A DNA stretch of 64,000 nt from Ignavibacteria bacterium (GTDB taxonomy: Bacteria > Bacteroidota > Ignavibacteria > Tepidaquicellales > OLB5), in the NCBI GenBank assembly GCA_030835025.1, contig JAUQWS010000101.1, positions 14,097 to 78,096 of the forward strand, given 5' to 3'. The translations under genes and the position numbers were made by a program. Position 1 is the first letter of the stretch, and each line of letters opens with the position of its first letter. The notes beneath the pieces were generated by a model. It saw only the letters and a program-made list of their open reading frames with translations, was not told the origin of the DNA and ran no database searches. This document shows, in pieces, positions 1-8,800 of the stretch.

Positions 1-695
1 AAAGCGGCAATTTGAGGTTTGAAATATGGAGTGCTTCCGGTGATTCTCTTATGACCGGTTACAATAAGGTGGGATTTAAAGTCTTCGAAAACGAAGTTCA
101 GAAAACCGGCGGTTACGTGAAGTTTATTGCGAAGATGTACCATACAGGTGCAAACAATCTGCACGGAACTCCGGTGCTTCCGCAATATGATTATAACCCG
201 GCGCTTGGAATGTTTACAGGCAATGTGATAATGCTCATGCCGGGAGACACCTCCAGCACGTGGTACGGCTTTTATAATTACAACGATCAGCTGTATGTTG
301 ATTCCGTCATTTTTGATGTCGGGTGGAACCAGCTTGCGAGATTCAAGATATTTGTTGATCTCTCAGCAGGTCTCAGTTACCTGCTTACTCTCATCTCTCC
401 CCTTGAGCCCGTTAGAGGGATGAACGATTTTAAGGTTATTCTTCATGAATCGTATGATTTTATTTCGTTTACTCAGCTTGAGACTGCAACTATGTTCGGA
501 AGAACTTGGCAGGATTCACTTAACCACTACTCAACCGGAAACACCAACCCCGTGTATACAGGAGAGGGTATATATTCCGGCAGGGTGAACTTTGATATGG
601 CCGGAAGGTGGAAAGTAAGCGATTCGATCTATTACAATAACAAGTGGATAACTCCCATGGGTGATCCCCCTGCATTTGTCTTCTTTGTCCCTTGA
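1..695 (+). CDS. YtkA/FixH-like lipoprotein paralogue, 5' end cut by the window edge
   Basis: The frame is open from base 3 (SGN precedes the TTG used as start in the ORF track). It aligns by eye over its whole length with the complete lipoprotein at 49320..50135 (FEIWSAS/FEVWSST, GYNKVGFKV/GYNEIGFKV, YVKFIAKMYH/FVKFTPTMYH, NFDMAGRWKV/NFTMAGEWFL). Confidence 0.6.
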   Translation, partial: SGNLRFEIWSASGDSLMTGYNKVGFKVFENEVQKTGGYVKFIAKMYHTGANNLHGTPVLPQYDYNPALGMFTGNVIMLMPGDTSSTWYGFYNYNDQLYVDSVIFDVGWNQLARFKIFVDLSAGLSYLLTLISPLEPVRGMNDFKVILHESYDFISFTQLETATMFGRTWQDSLNHYSTGNTNPVYTGEGIYSGRVNFDMAGRWKVSDSIYYNNKWITPMGDPPAFVFFVP

Positions 696-726
696 TAATC
701 TGAGAGTAGTAATTACCGGAAATGAA

Positions 727-756
727 AGAGCCCGTCAATCGAAACTGACGGGCTCT
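727..756. terminator. Bidirectional hairpin between convergent genes
   Basis: agagcccgtca / tgacgggctct is an 11-bp perfect stem between the stop of the + gene (695) and the stop of asnA (793). The flanking T/A tracts are weak. Confidence 0.45.
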
Positions 757-792
757 TTGCTTAGAAAGAGTAATTAACCAAATGAAAAAATT

Positions 793-1920
793 TTATTCTA
801 AAACAAATATGTTCTTTTCGGCGCAGATGTCTTTAAGGTCTTTTGGCCAGATAGTAACGCTTACTTCTCCCAAATGTGCCTTTCTTAGCAGCAGCATCTG
901 AGTTCTTGACTGGCCTATACCGCCGCCGATACTCAAAGGAAGCTCATTGTTCAGTATTGCTTTATGGTACGGGGTATCCTTAAGCTCCATCTGGTTTGAA
1001 AGCTCCAGCTGGAATTTCAATGTCTCGGCATTGACCCTAATACCCATTGATGAGAGCTCATGACGTCGTTTAGTCAGATGATTCCAGACAAGTATGTCAC
1101 CGTTTATTCCATGGTAAGTTGAACCGTTATTCTTAATGGTCTCAGTTACCCAATCATCATAATCAGCTGCGCGCATTTCATGCGGATAGCCGTCTTTTAA
1201 TACCCAGCCTATGCCGATAATGAATACAGCAGGATGCTCCTGGAGTATCTTTGTTTCTCTTTGTTTCCTCGGAAGATCGGGGTATTTTGCAAGCAGTTCT
1301 TCTGCGTGAATGAAAACCAGCTCTTCGGGTAAATTGGGATAGCGCGGGTCCTTAAGAACCGGGAACATTTCCTGTACATGTTTTTCTGCGCCAACAAATA
1401 CTTTCCATATCTTTTTCACTATCATCTTCAAAAAATCAAGATTCCTGTCTTCTGCATTGATCACTCTTTCCCAGTCCCACTGGTCAACATAAGAGCTGTG
1501 ATCATGATCGAGGAAGTAGTCTTTCCTTACTGCGCGCATATCTGTGTTGATACCTTCACCGGGCTTCATGTCAAACTGTTTAAGGGCAACTCTTTTCCAT
1601 TTCGTTGCAGCCTGAACAACCTGCGCTGTTAGACGCTTTGGCAGGCCAAGTCCGCATGGGAATTCAACAGGCGTGCGTGAACCGTCGCGGTCAAGATTAT
1701 CGTTGACTCCGCTTTCTTTAGCTACAATAAGGGGAACCTGAACCATCATTAAATTAAGCTCTTTATTCAGATTTTCTTCAATATAGCTCTTAACTGCATA
1801 AATGGCTTTTTGTGTATCTTTTTTATTCAACAGGGACTTGTAATCCGATGGTAAGATCTTGGCAACTTCAGGATAAGTGCTTATTCCCGGTCCTGCCAAA
1901 TCCGCTTTTTTATCTGACAT
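793..1920 (-). CDS. asnA: Aspartate--ammonia ligase (AsnA-type asparagine synthetase)
   Basis: AsnA hallmark strings YVDQWDWERV, GDILVWN, LSSMGIRV and IGGGIGQSR are present. At 375 aa the length is close to E. coli AsnA. Confidence 0.9.
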   Translation of the reverse strand: MSDKKADLAGPGISTYPEVAKILPSDYKSLLNKKDTQKAIYAVKSYIEENLNKELNLMMVQVPLIVAKESGVNDNLDRDGSRTPVEFPCGLGLPKRLTAQVVQAATKWKRVALKQFDMKPGEGINTDMRAVRKDYFLDHDHSSYVDQWDWERVINAEDRNLDFLKMIVKKIWKVFVGAEKHVQEMFPVLKDPRYPNLPEELVFIHAEELLAKYPDLPRKQRETKILQEHPAVFIIGIGWVLKDGYPHEMRAADYDDWVTETIKNNGSTYHGINGDILVWNHLTKRRHELSSMGIRVNAETLKFQLELSNQMELKDTPYHKAILNNELPLSIGGGIGQSRTQMLLLRKAHLGEVSVTIWPKDLKDICAEKNIFVLE

Positions 1921-2119
1921 AAATATTGCTCCGTTATGTTATTATTGGGTTATTAATTGCTAACCAATTGTTCAAAATTATGATTTTATGGTGTTTTTTA
2001 CTATGATATTGGTCAATAAAAGGAATGACATCTGTCATACAGTTCTTGTATGAAGGATGTTTTAGCCTGTGGAATAAACTGAGTATTTTCAGCAAATCAG
2101 AATACCAGCCAAAAGGCCT

Positions 2120-2863
2120 TCACACGGCTTCCAATTCTTCGCTATGATAGCTTAAAGCCAGTTTCTCTTTCAGCAGTTCAATATGATCGGCTATCAGGGC
2201 AATTATTTCCTGTGCAGAAAGCCTATCGATATTTATCACAAGGTCATAATGATGCGGATCATTCAAGTCAACTCCAAACAGCTTTTTAACGTAATCATGT
2301 CTCCGCTGGTCCTCTTTCTTTATATATTCCGCCGCTTGTTTTGAAGTAAAAGAGTACTTTTCAACCAAATGCCTGATGCGTTTCTGCGGAGTGCCGATAA
2401 GCCTTACGTGCAGTCCGTTCCTGAAATGCCTCGTAATGTAAAAAGCTCCTCTTCCGACAATTACTGCATTTCCCATCCTCGCAAGCTTCATTATCGACTT
2501 GCTGATGTTATGCGCCATTTCACGTTTTGTGGGATGCAGTCCGAAAAGCTCCTCGAACATCGTCTGGATATCAGAGAATTTTGCTTCCGGAAGCAAGCCG
2601 CCGATTCCGGAGATCTCGTAATCTTCAACCACTTTCTTTATCAAGTCCTTATCATAGAGTGTCCAGGGGCAGTCGTCTGAATTTCCGGCGCGTGTAAGAT
2701 GCTCGATAAGTGATGTGGTTATTTTTGTTTCGCCTGTTCCGGCTTCTCTGGAAATGGTAACAAAAGGATACTGAACGTTGCGGTCACTGACAAGTTTTTT
2801 GCCGCGCTGCATTTGGCAGAAAAGATAAGATTTGCTGAGATCAACGAACCTGTTGTATTCCAT
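2120..2863 (-). CDS. Cytidylate kinase-like family protein (P-loop-like NMP kinase fold, function unknown)
   Basis: The N-terminal VTISREAGTGETKI motif and the overall layout are typical of the 'cytidylate kinase-like family'. 247 aa. Confidence 0.65.
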   Translation of the reverse strand: MEYNRFVDLSKSYLFCQMQRGKKLVSDRNVQYPFVTISREAGTGETKITTSLIEHLTRAGNSDDCPWTLYDKDLIKKVVEDYEISGIGGLLPEAKFSDIQTMFEELFGLHPTKREMAHNISKSIMKLARMGNAVIVGRGAFYITRHFRNGLHVRLIGTPQKRIRHLVEKYSFTSKQAAEYIKKEDQRRHDYVKKLFGVDLNDPHHYDLVINIDRLSAQEIIALIADHIELLKEKLALSYHSEELEAV

Positions 2864-2896
2864 AACGGATTTCCTCCCTTCCGCTGCAATTGGAAA

Positions 2897-2912
2897 CTAT
2901 AGGATCCTATAG
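2897..2912. promoter_or_regulatory. 16-bp perfect palindrome CTATAGGATCCTATAG, candidate operator
   Basis: Read directly from the sequence. It lies 34-49 nt upstream of the ATG (2863) of the cytidylate kinase-like gene. Confidence 0.35.
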
Positions 2913-3036
2913 CTTAAACAAATATAATACAATACAGGTGCCTTCTAAATGATTATTATCATAAGGATTCTTGACAATTGTCTATATAGGGAAGCCTCCT
3001 TAAAGACTTGATTAAAACAGAGTTCAAAAGCAGTGA

Positions 3037-5241
3037 CTAGCGGAAGAACACTTTCTTTGCGCTGCTGATTTCCTTAATGATAAGTGCATTAATATTGGGG
3101 TATTTCTCTTCTGTGAAGAATTCCAGAGCCTCTTCAAAACAGCCGATTGCTTTTTCGTAATTAAGAGCTTTCTCTTCAAAGCCTGCAAGCTTTATATATG
3201 CCCGTCCCATACCGAATTTCACTTCTGCATACTGGTTTGGATAGTTTTGTTTAGTTCTTACTCTTAAGGATTCCTCAAATGCATTAAGCGCCTTATCAAG
3301 AACTTCAGGATCATTGCTTTCATCGCTGAGTAGAAGGTACATATCCGCAAGGTTGAACATCGTGTTGGCATATTGAACAGGAACCTGTTCGATATTTCTC
3401 ACTTCAAGTGATCTTTCAAATGCCTCAATAGCTTTATCACAGTTAGATTTCTTGTCTTTTACAGCAGCAATAAGCGAATATGCATTCCCAATGTTGTTCA
3501 TTACAGCGCCGTATTGCAGCGGGTATTTTTCTTTTGTATTTATTTTCAGAACATCTTTGTATGATTCAATTGCCATCATCAGGTTCATTTCAGGCTGTTC
3601 GATTTCAGAAAGCTTTGCATAAGTATTGGCAATATTGTTTTTGGTTAGTGCATAATCCTTCGGATATTCCGAAACAGTTCTTACCTTAAGAGCTTCACTG
3701 AATGCTTCAATAGCTTCTCTGTAATGCTTCTCAGGTTCTTTGGCATCTGCTAGAATGATGTATGCACCTCCAAGGTTATTGCAGGCTCTTGCATAATCCA
3801 ATGGGTTCTTTTCGATTGTGAAAACCTTCAGCGCTTCATTATAGGCATCTATTGCAATCATGCAATTCTCTTCCCTGTTTTCTACTTCGGCAAATGCGGT
3901 ATAAGTATTACCAATCCTGTTCTTTATTTTTGCGTATTCCAGCGGGTTAGAATCAATCGTCACATTTTTCAGTATTTCATTGAAGTATTCAACAGATCTT
4001 CTGCAATTTTCCAATGTATCCTGTACTTTGGCAAGGCTCCAATATGACTGACCCAGATAAGACTCAGCTTTCAACTTTTCTGCAGGCAAAAAATTGTCAC
4101 CTTTCAGAACCATCACTTGTTCAAAAGCCTTAATAGCGCACTTCATATACTCACCTATCTGCATATCAACGGTGCCTATATCATAAGCTCTCTCCCCGAT
4201 CATCTGAAGCACTTCTGCGTCGTCTCCAAAAACTCCCGTCATTTCTTCAAGCACTTCAAGCTGCGTAGTCTCAACTTCCGGCTTCACAACAAACTCAAGA
4301 TATGCATCTTCAGCCCAGATCCTGTTTCTCCTTACCAAACGGATGAACTCTTTGTCCTCAAGTGTTTTAAGCCACCCGCTCCATTCAAAATCCCTGCCAT
4401 CAAGCTCAAATTTAGCGGATGCTTTCTTAACCCACTCCAGCCTGAAAATACTGTTCTCTTCGTAAATGCCGCAGGTATAAAGCTCTTTCAAAACGCGTAG
4501 AATGGTCTTTTCAATATTATCCGAGCTGTCAAATCTGCGCTCCATCTCGCTCAATCTCATAAAAATAGAACCAATGGTACCGTTAAACTTTACATTGTCC
4601 CACTTCATCCCGAGCTTTTCAGCTACTTTCTTTCCTTCCTCTGCACTCAGTTTCTCCATCTCCAGAACATCTTCTCCAAATATGATATCAGGGTCAAGAT
4701 TCTGCTCGATCATCTTGTTCCTCACCTTCTTGTATTCCCTGCCGGAGTGGCATGTGGCAAAAACCGGAATGTTCTTTTCCTTCGCATCCCGGAAAAGGAG
4801 GTGATAACTGTCCTGCCGCTCAACATAATACTGCAGGTCGTCTATAAAGATCAGTTTCTCTTTCCAGAACATAAAATCTCTGGGCAGCTGGAAGACCGGC
4901 ATGTTAACATTCCTCGGAACCAAGATATGAAACCCTTTTGTGCGTCCTTTTAACGCATTGAAAACAGCCCTTGTCTTACCGCTTAACGGCGGCCCGACTA
5001 TGAGTGCATTCCTTTTCCGCTCAAGTGAACGCTGAAGAAAATTATCGACATTCCTTTCGAAGTAATAATCCTCACAAGGCCGCTCACCTAGTATTTCTTT
5101 TGACTTTATGCGTAAGGAGTCTTTCCAGATAATGCTGTAATAATTCTTTGATTCTTTCCGTGATTTGTAAATATATCCAACAAACGGCGCAAGTGCCGTT
5201 ACAATTATTCCAAGTACTGCAAATAATAATGTTAGATCCAT
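3037..5241 (-). CDS. Membrane-anchored P-loop NTPase with C-terminal TPR array (STAND-like architecture)
   Basis: It has an N-terminal TM helix (LLFAVLGIIVTALAPFVGYIY), Walker A GPPLSGKT and Walker B LIFIDD. At least 6 repeats of about 42 aa follow, ending in NNLGGAY / NNIANTY / NNIGNAY / NRIGNTY-type motifs (TPR_10/12-like). Confidence 0.7.
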   Translation of the reverse strand: MDLTLLFAVLGIIVTALAPFVGYIYKSRKESKNYYSIIWKDSLRIKSKEILGERPCEDYYFERNVDNFLQRSLERKRNALIVGPPLSGKTRAVFNALKGRTKGFHILVPRNVNMPVFQLPRDFMFWKEKLIFIDDLQYYVERQDSYHLLFRDAKEKNIPVFATCHSGREYKKVRNKMIEQNLDPDIIFGEDVLEMEKLSAEEGKKVAEKLGMKWDNVKFNGTIGSIFMRLSEMERRFDSSDNIEKTILRVLKELYTCGIYEENSIFRLEWVKKASAKFELDGRDFEWSGWLKTLEDKEFIRLVRRNRIWAEDAYLEFVVKPEVETTQLEVLEEMTGVFGDDAEVLQMIGERAYDIGTVDMQIGEYMKCAIKAFEQVMVLKGDNFLPAEKLKAESYLGQSYWSLAKVQDTLENCRRSVEYFNEILKNVTIDSNPLEYAKIKNRIGNTYTAFAEVENREENCMIAIDAYNEALKVFTIEKNPLDYARACNNLGGAYIILADAKEPEKHYREAIEAFSEALKVRTVSEYPKDYALTKNNIANTYAKLSEIEQPEMNLMMAIESYKDVLKINTKEKYPLQYGAVMNNIGNAYSLIAAVKDKKSNCDKAIEAFERSLEVRNIEQVPVQYANTMFNLADMYLLLSDESNDPEVLDKALNAFEESLRVRTKQNYPNQYAEVKFGMGRAYIKLAGFEEKALNYEKAIGCFEEALEFFTEEKYPNINALIIKEISSAKKVFFR

Positions 5242-5248
5242 ATACTAC

Positions 5249-5725
5249 TCAAAGTGAGATCATGTCGTCTCTCAAGAGCCTCTCATTTAGCTCCCACAAA
5301 GCACATTTGTTGCTCAAAAAATAAAGTGTGTCGTAACATTCTTTGTAAGAGCACCACATATATTCCGAATGTTCATGGGAAATAACGATCTCGGTTCCGG
5401 ATGCATCAACAGCATAGCAGTAATTCGGGATCATATAAATGTCCTTTGGCCAGACCTTATCTCCTGCAGGAAAATTATTCCTCGGTACAGTAAAAAAGCA
5501 ATCAAGGCTGTAAAACTTTGAATCCGGAAGGATCCCTGATTCTTCAAATGTCTCCCGTTTAAACGCATCCTCTACTGTTTCGTCATCTTCGGCTCCGCCG
5601 CTTATGAACTGCCAAATACCGCCATAAAGTCCTTTATCTGCTCTCTTCAGGATCGCAAATTCATAAGTACCGGGATCAACCTTACGGTACGGCAAAATCA
5701 ATACATTCATTGGCGAACGTGCCAC
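5249..5725 (-). CDS. NUDIX hydrolase, NudB-like
   Basis: The Nudix box is GGAEDDETVEDAFKRETFEESG. WQFISGG and HEHSEYMW resemble the corresponding strings in E. coli NudB. The candidate GTG start overlaps the upstream stop by 1 nt; an alternative ATG lies at 5710. Confidence 0.8.
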   Translation of the reverse strand: MARSPMNVLILPYRKVDPGTYEFAILKRADKGLYGGIWQFISGGAEDDETVEDAFKRETFEESGILPDSKFYSLDCFFTVPRNNFPAGDKVWPKDIYMIPNYCYAVDASGTEIVISHEHSEYMWCSYKECYDTLYFLSNKCALWELNERLLRDDMISL

Positions 5726-6585
5726 TATTTGGATTTTCTGACTTTCTTGTAGTTGATTCCGCGCTTTTCATTAAATGCGCTGATCCCTTCTTTAACTTCA
5801 TCGCTCAGGTTATGTATCGAAAGCCACTCCCTTGCGTGTCCGATAGTTGTGTTCCATGAAAGGTCGCGCCAGAAGTTGAGCTGCTGTTTTGTATATCGAA
5901 GGCATTCCGGCAATTTGTTGAAGAGCTTTTCAGCCATTATATAAACTGCTTCGTCCAGTTTGCTGAATGGAACAACCTGATTAACAAGACCCCACTCAAG
6001 TGCTTTTGCTGCGGGGATCTCTTCGCATAGAAAAAGTATTTCTCTTGCACGTCTGTCTCCAACAAGCAAAGGTAAGAACTGTGTTGCACCTGCAGCAGCT
6101 ACGCTTCCTCTTGCTGCACCAACCTGACGGATGTATATATGGTCCGCAGCAATTGCAAGATCACAGCTTATGTTTAGTTCATTTCCTCCGCCAACGACAA
6201 TTCCGTTCAGTCTTGCAATTGTAGGCTTGCCAACATTTCTCATTACCTCATGCAATTGAATGAACTCATACATCCATTTATAATAATCGTTGGGTTTACC
6301 AAGAAAATCTCTTTGCTGCTCATTAAGATCAGCACCGGTTGAAAACGCCTGCTTTCCGGCACCAGTCAGCACAATCACTGCAATATTATCATCCCAGCCT
6401 GAATCTTTGAATGCAGTGGTGAGCTCTGTTATCGTTGTCAGATCAAGACAATTCAACACCTTTTGGCGATTGATTGTAATAGTTGACCTGTAATCTTCTT
6501 TTTCGTATATAATGTGCTTAAATTTGTAACTCTTTGCCGGTTTTCCGGAATAATTGCTCTTGCTTTTCACGGTTTTATTGGTCAT
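5725..6585 (-). CDS. Enoyl-CoA hydratase/isomerase (crotonase) family protein
   Basis: Crotonase signatures LTGAGKQAFSTGADL, NGIVVGGGNEL and EGISAFNEKR are present. 286 aa. Confidence 0.85.
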   Translation of the reverse strand: MTNKTVKSKSNYSGKPAKSYKFKHIIYEKEDYRSTITINRQKVLNCLDLTTITELTTAFKDSGWDDNIAVIVLTGAGKQAFSTGADLNEQQRDFLGKPNDYYKWMYEFIQLHEVMRNVGKPTIARLNGIVVGGGNELNISCDLAIAADHIYIRQVGAARGSVAAAGATQFLPLLVGDRRAREILFLCEEIPAAKALEWGLVNQVVPFSKLDEAVYIMAEKLFNKLPECLRYTKQQLNFWRDLSWNTTIGHAREWLSIHNLSDEVKEGISAFNEKRGINYKKVRKSK

Positions 6586-6686
6586 TACTTATTGCTTGTT
6601 GATGCAAAATATTTAATAATGAATTCAGTTACAATGTATTGTAAATATAAAATTTTAATTGAAAAGTTTTATATTTATATTGAAAT

Positions 6687-7814
6687 ATGGAAAGTTTAGT
6701 AAGCATCTTATTGTTTTCCGCCGGCACATTCCAGGGATTACTTCTGATATTTTACCTTTTCAGCAGAACGGGCAAGTTCATTCCCAACGTGATCCTGAGC
6801 TTGTTTATTGGAGTATTGATGCTGCAGGCATTTGCCCGATTTGCTGATATCTATTTTGCATCTGTGAATATAGGGCCTGTTTATAATATTTCGTATTTCT
6901 TGCCTTACTTATACGGTCCTCTTAGTTATTTATATATCAGAAAAAGCATAGTGCTGAAACCAACCTTAAGGATAATTGAACTTGTTCACCTGATTCCGTT
7001 TCTGATTTCAGTAATGATAGTATTGTTCAGTGGATATGGTATTATCAGATTCTTTGAATATGTCAACGTCCACGTTTATAATATTGCAGATACTTTTGTA
7101 CAATTGGGAATCCTTGGATCCTATGCCTACTTTTGCAGGAGGATGCTCAAAAACCAAGACGGACTATTAAATGCCGGTTTCAGAAAGTCAGTAGAATGGC
7201 TCAGAAAACTTTCAAACATAGTAACTCTGAGCGGTATTTGTTCCATATTGCTTCTGACATTTTACTTTTACAACAGGGAATTCAATTTTGTGGATTTTGA
7301 GTATTCTGTCCATATCTTTTCATTTCTGCCGCTGGTTATTTACTGGCTTGCACTCAACACAATGAGGCATCCTGATCTATTCTTTGAACCAGCAGCTGTT
7401 GCAGCAACAGTTAATTCCGGAATTCGGAATTACAGGTATCAGGGCAGCAGGCTGGAACAGGATCAGATTGTTCAGATTACACATGCTCTAAACAGGATAA
7501 TGAGCACTGAAAGATCGTTCCTGGATCCGCGCTTAACTTTGGAACATCTTTCGAAACTGATAAATTATCCAAAGCACTCTGTTTCGAGAGTAATAAATGA
7601 AAGTATGGGAACAAATTATAATGACTATATAAACAGATACAGGATTGATTATGCTAAACATGAACTTGTGAACAAGACAAAGCAGAATTTGACAATTGCT
7701 GCAATTGCATATGAATCCGGCTTCAACTCAATATCTACTTTTAACGAAGCTTTCAAAAAATTCACCGGGAAAACTCCTTCTGAATTCAAAAAATGCACCA
7801 AAACAGGGGTATAA
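6687..7814 (+). CDS. AraC-family transcriptional regulator with N-terminal multi-TM sensor domain
   Basis: The first ~220 aa are hydrophobic. The C-terminal HTH_18 strings are IAAIAYESGFNSISTFNEAFKKFTGKTPSEF. It is divergent from the crotonase operon. Confidence 0.8.
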   Translation: MESLVSILLFSAGTFQGLLLIFYLFSRTGKFIPNVILSLFIGVLMLQAFARFADIYFASVNIGPVYNISYFLPYLYGPLSYLYIRKSIVLKPTLRIIELVHLIPFLISVMIVLFSGYGIIRFFEYVNVHVYNIADTFVQLGILGSYAYFCRRMLKNQDGLLNAGFRKSVEWLRKLSNIVTLSGICSILLLTFYFYNREFNFVDFEYSVHIFSFLPLVIYWLALNTMRHPDLFFEPAAVAATVNSGIRNYRYQGSRLEQDQIVQITHALNRIMSTERSFLDPRLTLEHLSKLINYPKHSVSRVINESMGTNYNDYINRYRIDYAKHELVNKTKQNLTIAAIAYESGFNSISTFNEAFKKFTGKTPSEFKKCTKTGV

Positions 7815-7870
7815 ACAATCTGAAGTTATACGGAATTATGATTTCGAAAGACAATCCGGTTAATTTGAAT

Positions 7871-7888
7871 TAAGTTTGTATAGTTTTG
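7871..7888 (+). promoter_or_regulatory. Two tandem TAnnTTTG -7 boxes (TAAGTTTG, TAGTTTTG)
   Basis: Both match the Bacteroidetes-type -7 consensus. They lie 36-46 nt upstream of ATG 7924. Confidence 0.35.
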
Positions 7889-7923
7889 TTAGCTCCAGCC
7901 CTCCTTAAATCTAAAATCAGAAT

Positions 7924-8703
7924 ATGCTCAAATTCAGGATTTATTCAATTATTCTCCTTGTTTTCTCAATAAGTGCAACAATGCTCTCATGTTCAGATGA
8001 AAAAACAACAAACAACCCTGTTCCTCCCCCAGACCCTATTCCATTTCCATACACAAGTGAACACTTCACTTTCTATTACACTTCATATGACAGCCTGTTC
8101 ATGCCGGAAATATCGGATACTCTGGAGAACAACTACTCTCGTATTCTTGGAGACCTTCTGACGGATTCAATTGCACACACTGTTGTTCATTTTTACAGCT
8201 CTTACCAGGAACTTGCTGACGCAGTCAGACACATTGTCCCTAATTTGCCGGCGTGGGCAATCGGGCTTTCTACGGCTAAGGATACCATTCATATGATTGC
8301 TCCGAAACACCCGCAGCATCAGTATGAGTACATGCTTGTAGTGCTTATACACGAATTTGCACATTGTGTAACACTGAACATTAATCCAAATTTCGCAAAC
8401 AATCCAAGGTGGCTTTGGGAATCGGTTGCGCTGTTTGAAGCAGGCCAGTTCGTTCACCCAAACCAATTGACTTACATGGTTGAGCACAATCCACCCACTC
8501 TAGCTCAATTAAACAATTTCAACAATACTCAGATATACGAAGTCGGCTATCTGCTTTCGGAATACATAGTCGTAAATTGGGGGTTTCAGAAATTAAAAGA
8601 CCTGGTGATAAACATTGGAAATATTCAGTTGGTTTTAGGAATTACCATTGCTGAATTTCAAACAAACTGGTTTAATTTTGTACGGAACAGATACGGCATT
8701 TGA
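7924..8703 (+). CDS. Lipoprotein, putative HExxH zinc metallopeptidase-like
   Basis: A signal peptide plus lipobox (ATMLSC) and the motif LIHEFAHC (HExxH) are present. No further family assignment is possible by eye. Confidence 0.5.
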   Translation: MLKFRIYSIILLVFSISATMLSCSDEKTTNNPVPPPDPIPFPYTSEHFTFYYTSYDSLFMPEISDTLENNYSRILGDLLTDSIAHTVVHFYSSYQELADAVRHIVPNLPAWAIGLSTAKDTIHMIAPKHPQHQYEYMLVVLIHEFAHCVTLNINPNFANNPRWLWESVALFEAGQFVHPNQLTYMVEHNPPTLAQLNNFNNTQIYEVGYLLSEYIVVNWGFQKLKDLVINIGNIQLVLGITIAEFQTNWFNFVRNRYGI

Positions 8704-8785
8704 CAAAACTATTCAATAGTTACCAGTTAAACAAAGCGTAAATCGGCTTACATTTACCTTCATTGTATTTATAATAACTTACCGC

Positions 8786-8793
8786 TAAGTTTG
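8786..8793 (+). promoter_or_regulatory. TAAGTTTG -7 box immediately upstream of the GT2 gene
   Basis: It matches TAnnTTTG and sits only 7 nt before ATG 8801, which suggests a leaderless or near-leaderless mRNA. Confidence 0.35.
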
Positions 8794-8800
8794 CTTTCAA

